A stretch of DNA of 64,000 nt from Dictyostelium discoideum (lineage: Eukaryota), in contig CM000150.2 in assembly GCA_000004695.1 (NCBI GenBank), forward strand, positions 1,760,001 to 1,824,000, in the 5' to 3' direction. Shown piece by piece: positions 15,788 to 28,340 of the stretch (its first letter is position 1; each line of letters starts with the position of its first letter). Under the pieces are notes generated by a model, which worked only from the letters and a program-made list of their open reading frames with translations, was not told the DNA's origin and ran no database searches. The translations under genes were made by a program, and so were the position numbers.

Positions 15788-18700
15788 GCTCAAAAATCAA
15801 CTTTATAACATGGAATTGTAGAGGATTCACTGAAAACCCAAACAATCAACACAATTCCTACCAAAAAGCTGTTGACACACTACAACTACTTATATCAAAA
15901 CTTCCACCTCGTCCAACAATCTCAATACTCACTGAACTCAATTCATCACCATTACAACTTAAACATGATTTTCCCGATCACATCATCTCTGTCACCAAAC
16001 GAGGAAATGGTGTAATCATCATTAACCATAACCCAAACACACTCAAACTCAAACACATATCAACAATTGATGGTAGAGCTATTTTAGCAGACGTTATATT
16101 TCCAAATCAATTACCAATTGGTATTCTTGGAATTTACGCACCAGCATCAAATAATACCATCAAAAAGAATTCATATGCAACTTCACTACAAACACTTCTC
16201 CACAACCACTCAACAAACCCAATACCAAACCAATCCCAACATGTATCTATTATCGCAGGAGATTTCAACTGTATCCACAACGACAATTCACTATTAGATG
16301 ATATTATCCAATCCTACACATACCAACACCATCTAATTGATCAAGGTGAATTTAAAAACACTCCAACTCATACACATGGCAACAGATTAGATAGAATATA
16401 TACTCAATACAATAGAATAGACCCTGAAAATATATATACACAAGTCCACCAAATTCCATCTTCATTATCAGATCATAATCCAATATCAACAACAATTTCT
16501 TCACCTTTTCAAATAAATAAACATAAGAAAAGATGGATATTATCACCTGGTACTGCAAATGACCATGAAGCAATCAATATTATCAATCATTTAATAACTA
16601 ATCACAATAACACATCAATCAATCAATTTACAAACTGGTCAAAAGTAAAATCAAAAATTATAAAAACTCTAAAAAACTATCAATATAACAAAGACAAACA
16701 AACTCAACGTGCAAAACAAATACTATTAGAAAAAGCAGCAAAATTCAAACATCTTGAAGAACAATGCATCGCTGAATACAATATTATATGTAACAAAAAC
16801 AAACTACATCAAAACCACACAAACATATTAAAAAAACATATAAATGGAGAAATACCTAGCAAGTATCTATCAGCAATACTAAACAAAAGATCAAAAGATG
16901 CAAAAATTGAATCAATCCAATATGGTAACATCATTACATCCGACCCCGACCAAATTGAAAATGCGTTTGTTGAATTCTACACAAATCTATATAGCTTACA
17001 AATATGTTGTCCAATTACTCACCAGCTCATGCCAAACACATGGCCCATCATAAAAAATGAATATTGGAATGGTTTAGACTCACCATTTATACAAGATGAA
17101 GTTGAAGCTGCAATTAAAACCTGTAACCCCAACAAATCACCCGGTCCAGATGGCGTTACAAATGCATTCTACATTAATCATTTAAACCAAGTTAAACCAA
17201 TTCTCACTACATTATTCAACGATATACTAGAAAATCCTCACCACATCACAACAGAATTCACAGAAGGTCTTATACACACAATATACAAGAAAGGCAACCC
17301 CTTACTCATATCAAATCGTCGTCCCATTACACTTCTAAACACTGATTACAAGATCCTCTCAAAAGTAATCAATGCACGTCTTCTGAGAATACTTCCTTTC
17401 ATCATCAACAACAACCAAACTGGTTTCGTACCCCACAGATTCATCATAGACAACATCATCAACATCAATGAATTAATCAACTACCTCAAATCTAAAAACC
17501 TCCCTGGTATCATCACACTATTTGACTTCTTTAAAGCATTTGATTCTATCTCTCACGATAGCATTAAAAGAACATTAATTCATATTGGTATACCAATAAA
17601 ATTAATAAATTTAATCCACAAGCTATTATCTGACTCACAAGCAAAAATTTCAATTAATGGTAAAACGACCAGAAAATTCGATATTAAAAGAGGTGTAAAA
17701 CAAGGTGACCCAATCTCAGCCACTTTATTTGTAATTGTAATTGAAATATTAGCAAGAACAATAAATGCAGACAATTCAATAATTGGATTACCAATTTCAC
17801 CCAATCCACAAATTAAAATCAAATTTACCCAATTTGCAGACGACTCTACAACATACAACATCAACTACGAACAACAACAACAATCAATCAAACATTTCGA
17901 TAATTTCTGCGCTTCAACATCATCATCTTTAAATTTTGACAAAAGTGCAATAATAGAAATCAACCCCCACAAAATCACTGATAAACACATAATAAACAAC
18001 ATTCCACAATCAAAAAGAATTCCAATAACCAAAAAAGATCAATCAGAAAGAGTTCTTGGCTATTTCTTTAATCATAATGGTTTACATAGGAAATTACCAG
18101 AAACAATGAAAACACTGATTAAATCATTAGTGCTATGGAAAACTAGTGGCACAACATTAAAAACAAAAACAACCATCATAAACACCTACTCACTATCACC
18201 AATAACATATTTATCATACCTTGAAGAATTTACAAAAGATGAAGAAATTCAAATTAATAAATTAATCTCATGGTTTATGAATTCTCCCGCAAATTCTGAA
18301 TCACCAACTCTCGATACCAATTCCATTGAAAACAACACATCAACCATCCATTCACGTGCAAAAATACCTTTGATGTGTTATGATAGATCATTAAAACCAT
18401 TAAAAGAAGGAGGTTGGGGTATGTGGAATATCCAATTACGACAAGTTGCTCAAAAGATTTGGATATACAACAGATTTTTACAAATGCATAAATCTGCAAA
18501 CAATTCAATATACATGATAAGTTGGATGGATCAAATCATCAACAAATCAATCTCTTCTCCATACCTTATAAAAATAAAAAAAGAATGGGAAAACTATGCA
18601 ACTCAAATTGGACATCTAAAAGATAAAGTTCAAATCCTACAACCAATAATAACAAAAAACCAAACCTCTCAAACATTAAACACAAATAATATTTCACTAC

Positions 18701-19611
18701 CACCAACACTCAAAGAAATCTACTCGACAATACTAAACAATCACCTATGCAAATCAAAAGACTATATTGGCAAGAAATATTCAGATCTACTTCTTACTTC
18801 GCACCAACAATCAATACTTCTTTTATGGAAATACACATACGACCAACTTTTTGTCAAAATTCAAAAATTAAAAGATCCAAAAGGCCGAGATACAATGCAA
18901 AGATTCCATGCTAGATGTCTTCCGATTAATCATCTACACAACAAAGTTTGCCCCATTTGCAACAATGAAATGAATAATGATCCCTATGGTCATTTGTTTT
19001 TCAATTGTCAGCACACAATCAACTTCATTAACCACGACAAATTAAAATATTTTATATATAAAAATTGCAATGGAAACAAAAACTGGTCACTAACAAAAAA
19101 CCAAACAACAAAATTATACACACTCATCTATAAACCACAAACAAACAACAAAGCATTTAAACCAGATCCAACTATCAATATTAATTTTCATTTTGCAGAA
19201 AACGCACAATATAAAAAATACAGGTTCAACTGGAATTATATAAACACAAATCTTGATCTAGTCAGAACACATGCATATTGGAACATAATCTCATTAGTTA
19301 TTCACCAAATATGGATATGGTTATGCAAATCATTATTTGACATCAATATAACTCAATCAATTGATAATTGGAACAACCAAATAAACAACACAACACTAGA
19401 TTATGATATATTAAAATCAAAATGGCACAAGCTAATAAGATTGGAATATTCAAGAACTTTATCAAACTTTAACCAATACTCAATTAAAAACAACCTCACA
19501 AAAACTCAAAAAGAAACCCAATGGTCCGAAACCATCAAAAAATTTAAAAAAGAATGGAGCATAAACACTAATGAACCAATTCCAACAATTACACCACCAA
19601 TTAATTATTAA
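15784..19611 (+). CDS. Retrotransposon ORF2 (1275 aa): apurinic-endonuclease-like domain, reverse transcriptase, and C-terminal Cys/His zinc-binding domain
   Basis: The N-terminal ITWNCRGF...GDFN...DRIY block is an EEP/APE endonuclease. The RT motifs are ITLLNTDYKILSKVINARL, FDFFKAFDSISHD and QFADDSTTY (FADD box). The C-terminus has CPICNNEMNNDPYGHLFFNC. There is no internal stop. Confidence 0.8.
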   Translation: MSSKINFITWNCRGFTENPNNQHNSYQKAVDTLQLLISKLPPRPTISILTELNSSPLQLKHDFPDHIISVTKRGNGVIIINHNPNTLKLKHISTIDGRAILADVIFPNQLPIGILGIYAPASNNTIKKNSYATSLQTLLHNHSTNPIPNQSQHVSIIAGDFNCIHNDNSLLDDIIQSYTYQHHLIDQGEFKNTPTHTHGNRLDRIYTQYNRIDPENIYTQVHQIPSSLSDHNPISTTISSPFQINKHKKRWILSPGTANDHEAINIINHLITNHNNTSINQFTNWSKVKSKIIKTLKNYQYNKDKQTQRAKQILLEKAAKFKHLEEQCIAEYNIICNKNKLHQNHTNILKKHINGEIPSKYLSAILNKRSKDAKIESIQYGNIITSDPDQIENAFVEFYTNLYSLQICCPITHQLMPNTWPIIKNEYWNGLDSPFIQDEVEAAIKTCNPNKSPGPDGVTNAFYINHLNQVKPILTTLFNDILENPHHITTEFTEGLIHTIYKKGNPLLISNRRPITLLNTDYKILSKVINARLLRILPFIINNNQTGFVPHRFIIDNIININELINYLKSKNLPGIITLFDFFKAFDSISHDSIKRTLIHIGIPIKLINLIHKLLSDSQAKISINGKTTRKFDIKRGVKQGDPISATLFVIVIEILARTINADNSIIGLPISPNPQIKIKFTQFADDSTTYNINYEQQQQSIKHFDNFCASTSSSLNFDKSAIIEINPHKITDKHIINNIPQSKRIPITKKDQSERVLGYFFNHNGLHRKLPETMKTLIKSLVLWKTSGTTLKTKTTIINTYSLSPITYLSYLEEFTKDEEIQINKLISWFMNSPANSESPTLDTNSIENNTSTIHSRAKIPLMCYDRSLKPLKEGGWGMWNIQLRQVAQKIWIYNRFLQMHKSANNSIYMISWMDQIINKSISSPYLIKIKKEWENYATQIGHLKDKVQILQPIITKNQTSQTLNTNNISLPPTLKEIYSTILNNHLCKSKDYIGKKYSDLLLTSHQQSILLLWKYTYDQLFVKIQKLKDPKGRDTMQRFHARCLPINHLHNKVCPICNNEMNNDPYGHLFFNCQHTINFINHDKLKYFIYKNCNGNKNWSLTKNQTTKLYTLIYKPQTNNKAFKPDPTININFHFAENAQYKKYRFNWNYINTNLDLVRTHAYWNIISLVIHQIWIWLCKSLFDINITQSIDNWNNQINNTTLDYDILKSKWHKLIRLEYSRTLSNFNQYSIKNNLTKTQKETQWSETIKKFKKEWSINTNEPIPTITPPINY

Positions 19612-19835
19612 CTACCTAATCTAAAATAACATACTATTTTAAATTCACAAAAACTAAAAAACCTAAAATAAATAAATAAAAATAACATACTAATTGTATA
19701 CTACAATAGTTTATTTATATCAAAAAAAAAAAAAATTTTAGTATTACCAAAATACACCGCTTTTAGGTAAAAAAAAAAAAAAAGTATTACCAAAAGAATA
19801 AGTTAAAAAAAACCGAAAAAAACAAAGAAATAAAC

Positions 19836-22800
19836 GAGAATTTATACATATAATAAATAAATCACTGTTATATCTTCACCGCCACATTCATTCCTCTTAA
19901 TTTTACCCTATTTTTGCTCATTAAAGCAAGGGCTATCGTCCTATATACTTTTCAACAATGGCTGATGATCACTCAACTGAATTACAGTTATATCATACAG
20001 ATAACAACACAACCAATACAAATAATACCTCCACAACCTCAACAACAAAAAACAAAAGTGCAAAAATCGACACACCTAAAAAACAAACCCCAACAAACCA
20101 ACTCTCACTAAACAAAGGACTTGATAATCAATTAGATATCATTGCACCTCCATCAAATTCACAAAAACATTCACAAACTCTTCGAAGATATACTGTCGCC
20201 ATCAGCATTCAAAATAATTGGTGCAACTGCCTTCGTAAATTGCAACGTTGATAAATTAACTTCAATAATCAACCTTCAAAACCAACTTGCACTAAATATC
20301 GACAAACTCAACTATAGATTCGATATATCATCAAATGATTATGCAATCATTAAAACATTCATTAAAACGTACTCACCCAAACATGCAAACGATGCAATTA
20401 TAAACAACCTCACTAAATTCACCAGTTGTACATCAATTGAATCATTTACTGTCACATACTCATATGCTGTTGCGTTTAAAAGCTACATTATAACATATCA
20501 TCTAATTGATCACACACACAACATTGTTGATCAAAAGATCGAACAACCATCTGGTATCACAAGATATATCAAAGCTGCAACACGTAGTGTCACTAAACAC
20601 AAAATTCAACATGCAAAAAATGCAGATATGGCAACAACTATAAAAAATGCCATCACAAACCCAAACATGAACAAAAACAATCAACCACAAAAAAACAACA
20701 TTAACACCCCACCAATCAACGAAATTGCAAATTCCAATCGCAATAATAACCCACCTCAAAATATTGGTTCAAAAGCTACACAAAATGAATCACTTGATAT
20801 TAACAATCAATCCCAAAACAATAATGAAATTTCACACAAAAGTGATTCTTCAAATAATAATAACGGGAAAAACTCATTATCAATGAGCAATCCAACCGAT
20901 CCAACAATTGTACCACAAAAACCTCTACAATCTCAACCAAACAAACCAAGTGCACCAACTCCAAATCCAATAAATACAAGAAGAAGCAGCAATGCCCTGA
21001 CTACACAACCAGTCAATACTGGTGCTGCCAAACCTAGTAAGGTATGAGCTCAAAAATCAACTTTATAACATGGAATTGTAGAGGATTCACTGAAAACCCA
21101 AACAATCAACACAATTCCTACCAAAAAGCTGTTGACACACTACAACTACTTATATCAAAACTTCCACCTCGTCCAACAATCTCAATACTCACTGAACTCA
21201 ATTCATCACCATTACAACTTAAACATGATTTTCCCGATCACATCATCTCTGTCACCAAACGAGGAAATGGTGTAATCATCATTAACCATAACCCAAACAC
21301 ACTCAAACTCAAACACATATCAACAATTGATGGTAGAGCTATTTTAGCAGACGTTATATTTCCAAATCAATTACCAATTGGTATTCTTGGAATTTACGCA
21401 CCAGCATCAAATAATACCATCAAAAAGAATTCATATGCAACTTCACTACAAACACTTCTCCACAACCACTCAACAAACCCAATACCAAACCAATCCCAAC
21501 ATGTATCTATTATCGCAGGAGATTTCAACTGTATCCACAACGACAATTCACTATTAGATGATATTATCCAATCCTACACATACCAACACCATCTAATTGA
21601 TCAAGGTGAATTTAAAAACACTCCAACTCATACACATGGCAACAGATTAGATAGAATATACTCAATACAATAGAATAGACCCTGAAAATATATATACACA
21701 AGTCCACCAAATTCCATCTTCATTATCAGATCATAATCCAATATCAACAACAATTTCTTCACCTTTTCAAATAAATAAACATAAGAAAAGATGGATATTA
21801 TCACCTGGTACTGCAAATGACCATGAAGCAATCAATATTATCAATCATTTAATTACTAATCACAATAACACATCAATCAATCAATTTACAAACTGGTCAA
21901 AAGTAAATCAAAAATTATTAAAACTCTAAAAAACTATCAATATAACAAAGACAAACAAACTCAACGTGCAAAACAAATACTATTAAAAAAAGCAGCAAAA
22001 TTCAAACATCTTGAAGAACAATGCATCGCTGAATACAATATTATATGTAACAAAAACAAATTACATCAAATCCACACAAACATATTAAAAAAACATATAA
22101 ATGGAGAAATACCTAGCAAGTATCTATCAGCAATACTAAACAAAAGATCAAAAGATGCAAAAATTGAATCAATCCAATATGGTAACATCATTACATCCGA
22201 CCCCGACCAAATTGAAAATGCGTTTGTTGAATTCTACACAAATCTATAAAGCTTACAAATATGTTGTCCAATTACTCACCAGCTCATGCTAAACACATGG
22301 CCCATCATAAAAAATGAATATTGGAATGGTTTAGACTCACCATTTATACAAGATGAAGCTGCAATTAAAACCTGTAACCCCAACAAATCACCCGGTCCAG
22401 ATGGCGTTACAAATGCATTCTACATTAATCATTTAAACCAAGTTAAACCAATTCTCACTACATTATTCAACGATATACTAGAAAATCCTCACCACATCAC
22501 AACAGAATTCACCGAAGGTCTTATACACACAATATACAAGAAAGGCAACCCCTTACTCATATCAAATCGTCGTCCCATTACACTTCTAAACACTGATTAC
22601 AAGATCCTCTCAAAAGTAATCAATGCACGTCTTCTGAGAATACTTCCTTTCATCATCAACAACAACCAAACTGGTTTCGTACCCCACAGATTCATCATAG
22701 ACAACATCATCAACATCAATGAATTAATCAACTACCTCAAATCTAAAAACCTCCCTGGTATCATCACACTATTTGACTTCTTCAAAGCATTTGATTCTAT

Positions 22801-24122
22801 CTCTCACGATAGTATTAAAAGAACATTAATTCATATTGGTATACCAATAAAATTAATAAATTTAATCCACAAGCTATTATCTGACCCACAAGCAAAAATT
22901 TCAATTAATGGTAAAACGACCAGAAAATTCGATATTAAAAGAGGTGTAAAACAAGGTGACCCAATCTCAGCCACTTTATTTGTAATTGTAATTGAAATAT
23001 TAGCAAGAACAATAAATGCAGACAATACAATAATTGGATTACCAATTTCACCCAATCCACAAATTAAAATCAAAAGATGAAGAAATTCAAATTAATAAAT
23101 TAATCTCATGGTTTATGAATTCTCCCGCAAATTCTGAATCACCAACTCTCAATACCAATTCCTTTGAAAACAACACATCAACCATCCATTCACGTGCAAA
23201 AATACCTTTGATTTGTTATGATAGATCATTAAAACCATTAAAAGAAGGTGGTTGGGGTATGTGGAATATACAATTACGACAAGTTGCTCAAAAGATTTGG
23301 ATATACAACAGATTTTTACAAATGCATAAATCTGCAAACAATTCAATATACATGATAAGTTGGATGGATCAAATCATCAACAAATCAATCTCTTCTCCAT
23401 ACCTTATAAAAATCAAAAAAGAATGGGAAAACTATGCAACTCAAATTGGACATCTAAAAGATAAAGTTCAAACCCTACAACCAATATTAATAAAAAACCA
23501 AACCTCTCAAACATTAACCACAAATAATATTTCACTACCACCAACACTCAAAGAAATCTACTCGACAATACTCAACAATCATCAATGTAAATCAAAAGAC
23601 TATATTGGCAAGAAATATTCAGATCTACTTCTTACTTCGCACCAACAATCAATACAACTATTATGGAAATACACATACGACCAACTATTTGTCAAAATTC
23701 AAAAGCTAAAAGATCCAAAAGGCCGTGATACAATGCAAAGATTCCATGCTAGATGTCTTCCGATTAATCATCTACACAACAAAGTTTGCCCCATTTGCAA
23801 CAATGAAATGAATAATGATCCCTATGGTCATTTGTTTTTCAATTGTCAGCACACAATCAACTTCATAAACCACGACAAATTAAAAAATTTTATATATAAA
23901 AATTGCAATGGAAACATCAAAAAATTTAAAAAAGAATGGAGCATAAACACAAATGAACCAATTCCAACAATTACACCACCAATTAATTATTAATTACCTA
24001 ATCTAAAATAACATACCATTTTAAATTCACAAAAACTAAAAAACCTAAAATAAATAAATAAAAATAACATACTAATTGTATACTACAATAGTTTATTTAT
24101 ATCAAAAAAAAAAAAAAAAAAA
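19836..24122 (+). mobile_element. Degenerate second copy of the TRE3-like element, in tandem and same orientation, with multiple deletions and frameshifts
   Basis: It has the same 5' end (gagaatttatacatataataaataaatcactg...) and 3' end plus oligo(A) as copy 1. ORF1 carries an out-of-frame deletion of about 117 bp near 20160. ORF2 is broken by a 2-bp deletion near 21660, a 1-bp deletion near 21906, and deletions of about 400 bp (near 23070) and about 480 bp (near 23920). Confidence 0.7.
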
Positions 24123-24154
24123 CTATATTTTTAGATTTGTATGAATTTTGTTTA

Positions 24155-25080
24155 TTATTTAAGTAAAGTTTTAAGATTTTTTGGGAGTAGATTATTCGTT
24201 AATTGTAAATTTGGACAATCCAAAGTTAGAGTTGTGAGAGAATTTGGGAATATTTCATCTGGTAAATTATGTTCCTGTGTCTGGATATCTAATGATGTTA
24301 AATTTTTAAAACCAGAAAAAGGATTTATCAGTGTTGAATCCAAGGGAATATAAATTGAAAGTGTTTGAATTGATTTTGGTAATTGTTGATAATCAGAGCA
24401 ACTATTCAATGTTAAACTTGTAATATTTGGTAGGAAGATATCCTTTAAGTTATTGGAAGTTTCATGGACATCAAAAACTAAAGTTTTAATTGATATTGGT
24501 AATGAGTTTGATTCAATTTTAGAACCTCTAGAACCAAGGAATTCCAATGATGTAACATTATGTGGAATCATTCCTCTTTTAATTTTTTGATCGAAAGAAG
24601 AATCAAATGTTAATGAAGTTGTGCCACCAGGTATTGATTTTGAATTTGAATCTCTAACTGTTGAATTTGGAATTAATTTAATTGAATTGTTTTTTGAATT
24701 AAAATGGTAGTTGAGGTCTGTAATTGATTTTGGTATTGATCCATTCAAAATGGTACCTTTATTGATTCAATAGTTCTTGGTAACCATGGTATACCATTTG
24801 AATCACTTAATGCTTGATTAAATCTACTACCAAAATTAATGGTTTTAAGAGTATTACCAATGATGTTACAAGTTAATGCTTGGTCAAACTTTGAAAATGA
24901 AATGGATAACAATGTATCAGGTATCCAATGATCTCCTAATATAAAATTTGAGCAATCAATATATTTTTTCTACACCCGATGGAATTGGATATTTATCTTT
25001 TGTTAAAACTATCTCACTCTTTAAGTTGATTTTACTTAAATAATTTCTATATTTATATGTCAATAATTCATTTAATGATT
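24155..25080 (-). pseudogene. FNIP-repeat protein gene, frame-disrupted copy
   Basis: Repeats of the type LP.SL..L.FG..FNQ.I..G.IP..VTSLEF are present. The N-terminal region beyond the ORF at 24749-25080 is collinear with 27960-28340 but is interrupted by in-frame stops. Confidence 0.45.
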
Positions 25081-25639
25081 TGGGCAATACAATATTTATC
25101 ATAATTATTATTATATAATCTAAGATAAAATAAAATTGTTTTCCTTAAAATCATATTTCCCCAAACTTTTTTAAATAATATATAATTATAATCAATATAT
25201 TGATTTAATTCTTTATTAATTTGGTCCAATGGTAATGATTTTAAAATTAATTGATTATTATTATTAATGATTTGATGATTTAAATTATTTTTAATAATTA
25301 TTTGAATTGAACAATCGAATGCTATTCTTTTATTTCTATTGATAGTTATATTATTATTATTATCTTATTACTATTATTATTATTATCTGCTATTGAATGA
25401 TTATATATATTGTATTGAATAGAATCATTTTTATTAGTGAAAGAATTTTTTATAAATACACCCCAAAATATTAATATGTAAATGATTATTTATTATTTGA
25501 AATTGTTGATAATTTAATCCTTTTAAATCATTTAAATAATTTTGTTCTTTTTCTTCTTCTTGTCTATATATAAAAATAATTAATAATAGTAAAGATGAGT
25601 GTGTTAACGAATGAATGAATGAGTGAGTGAATGAATGAA

Positions 25640-25712
<73 letters not shown>

Positions 25713-26056
25713 TAATAAAAATAGGGTATAATGAATATTAATAAATAATTAAACTATTATTATAACATACATTGATATTTTTCTTTTTTTTTGAATGTTT
25801 CCGATATTGTTTTTATCATTGATATTATTACAATATTCTTGTAATTGATTAAATGTTATATTTAAATTATTAATTGATAATATTAATAAACAATATAAAA
25901 ATTCTTCACTTTCATTTTTATTATTATTATTATTATTGTTATAATTATTAATTAAATAATAATAAATGATATTATCCATTTTTAAAAAAAAAAAAAATAA
26001 AAAAATAAATAAAAAACACCAAAAGTTTTGTCTGAAAAAAAAAAAAAAAAAAAAAA

Positions 26057-26353
26057 TTAAACATTAAATGTTTTAAAATCAGAGAAACCACCCACTGTTA
26101 AATTTGTAATGCTTGGTGGCAATATATCCTTTAGGTTATTGATAGATTTATGTTTAAGAAGAACCAAAGTTTTAATTGAGATTGGTAATGAATTTGCTTC
26201 AATAAGACAACCTTCATAATTTTTGAACTCTAATGATGTAACATTATGTGGAATCATTCCTTTTTTAATTGTTTGGTTGAAATGATAACCAAATGTTAAT
26301 GAAGTTGTACCACCAGGTATTGATTTTGAATTTGACATGAAGAAAAAGAACAA
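26057..26353 (-). pseudogene. FNIP-repeat gene fragment
   Basis: A 98-aa ORF made of FNIP-type repeats (SIPGGTTSLTFGYHFNQTIKKGMIPHNVTSLEF...). It is isolated, and its flanks duplicate the 5' flank of the neighbouring FNIP genes. Confidence 0.4.
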
Positions 26354-26416
26354 ACCTTTTTAAATGATTTAAAAGGATTAAATTATCAACAATTTCAAAT
26401 AATAATAATAATAATA

Positions 26417-26447
<31 letters not shown>

Positions 26448-27068
26448 TCAATTAATTTTAAAATCGTTACCATTTGATCAAATTAATAAAATTAAATTAA
26501 ATAAAGAATTAAATCAATATATTGATTATAATTATATATTATTTAAAAAAGTTTGGGGAAATATAGTTATTAGGAAAATAATTTTATTTCATCTTAGATT
26601 ATATAATATTAATAATTGTACTATTGAATTTACATTAAATGGTTTATCAACATATAAATATAGAAATTATTTAAGTAAAATCATATTAGAATGAGAAGAT
26701 AGTGAGATAGTTTTAACAAAAGATAAATATCCAATTTCATCAAGTGTATAGTTAATTAATTAAATAATAATAAATGATATTATCCATTTTTCTGAAAAAT
26801 TTTAAAAAAAAAATAAAATAAAAAATAAAAAATAAAAAAACAAAAAACGTTATTTTGACAAAATTTTTGGGAAAATAAAAAAATTGTGAAGATTTATAGT
26901 ATTTTTTTTTTTTTTTTCAACAATGATTTAATTTTATATTTATGGATTTAATAAAGATAAATATAACACTAAAAAATACACAAAATGACATAATGATGAT
27001 GATTTAAATCAAACATTGAGTATTACATGTTTGATAAAGAAATCTAAACTAATAGAGTTTATACAATT

Positions 27069-28340
27069 TTAACTATCGTTTGGAATATAAAGAGATTCGA
27101 ATGAAGATGGCCAAATTAAATCTGGTAATTTTTTAAAAACAAGTTGAGAGCTAGAAAAATAAAATGATTTTAAATTTGGTGGTAACGCATCTCTATCGAT
27201 AGTTAAATTAAAATCAATACCTAAATGTAATGAAGTGAGTGATTGTGGTAATACATCTTTTTGAATTGGTTGAGAGAATGATGGTAATTTTAATATTTCT
27301 ATTGATGATGGTAGATTACCAACATTTATAGATTGGCTAAAATATGATAACTCTAAAACCTTTAGATTTCTTGGGAGGAGGTTATTCGTTAATTGTAAAT
27401 ATTGGCAATCCAAAATTAGAGTTGTGAGAGAATTTGGTAATATTGAATCTGGTAAATTATCTTCAATTGTTGAGCAACCTAATGATGTTAAATGTTTAAA
27501 ACCAGAAAAAGGATTTATCAATGTTGAATCTAAGTAAGTACCTATTTTAAGTTTTTTAATTGATTTTGGTAATTGTTGATAATCAGAGCAACCATTCACA
27601 GTTAAATTTGTAATGCTTTGTGGTAATATATCCTTAGAGTTTTAAGTGTACCAAGAACTAAAGTTTTAATTGATATTGGTAATGAGTTTGCTTCAATATC
27701 ATAACCATTGGAACCAGAGAATTCCAATGATGTAACATTATGTGGAATCATTCCTTTTTTAATTGTTTGATTGAAATTATAATCAAATTCCAACGAAGTT
27801 GTACCACCAGGTATTGATTTTGAATTTTCATCTCTAACTGTTGAATTTGGAATTAATTTAATTGAATTGTTTGAATGGAATTGATAGTTGAGGTCTTTAA
27901 TTGAGTTTGGTATTGATCCATTCACAATGATACCTTTATAATTTTCATCAAGAGTTAAAGATGTAAGTGATGGTGGTAATTCATCTCTATTAATTGATTG
28001 TTGAAATGATTCTCCAAAACGTATTGATTCAAGAGTTCTTGGTAACCATGGTATACCATTTGAATCACTTAATGATTGATTAAATCTATCACCAAAATCA
28101 ATGGTTTTAAGAGTATTACCAATGATGTTACGAGTTAATTCTTGATCAAACTTTGAAAATGAAATGGATAGCAATGTATCAGGTATCCAATGATATCCTA
28201 ATTTCATATTTGAACAATTAATTTGTAAATCTTCTACACTCGATTGAATTGGATATTTATCTTTTGTTAAAACTATTTCACTATCTTCACATTCTAATCT
28301 AATTCCACTTAAATAATTTCTATATTTATATGTTGATAAA
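27069..28340 (-). pseudogene. FNIP-repeat protein gene whose coding region is split into two frames (27602-28207 and 27069-27599). It is a frameshifted pseudogene, or else a sequencing error
   Basis: The two adjacent ORFs are in different frames and there is no intron-like sequence between them. The repeats are of FNIP type throughout. It is paralogous to 24155-25080. Confidence 0.45.

Larger units (their letters stand above)
14457..19735 (+). mobile_element. Full-length tRNA-gene-targeted non-LTR (LINE-like) retrotransposon, TRE3-like, about 5.3 kb with two intact ORFs and a 3' oligo(A)
   Basis: The 5' UTR runs from 14457 to 14578. ORF1 is 402 aa. ORF2 is 1275 aa and overlaps ORF1 through an ATGA stop/start. 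The 3' UTR ends in A14 at 19722-19735. The same element recurs in degenerate form at 19836-24122 and as a 3' part at 33029-35508. The subfamily is assigned from size and architecture only. Confidence 0.7.

Noticed and set aside
15242-18508. Minus-strand ORFs inside the TRE3-like ORFs (15242-15424, 16352-16573, 17580-17864, 18275-18508) and their copies in elements 2 and 3
   Set aside because: They are antisense to a clearly coding ORF2 with catalytic motifs.
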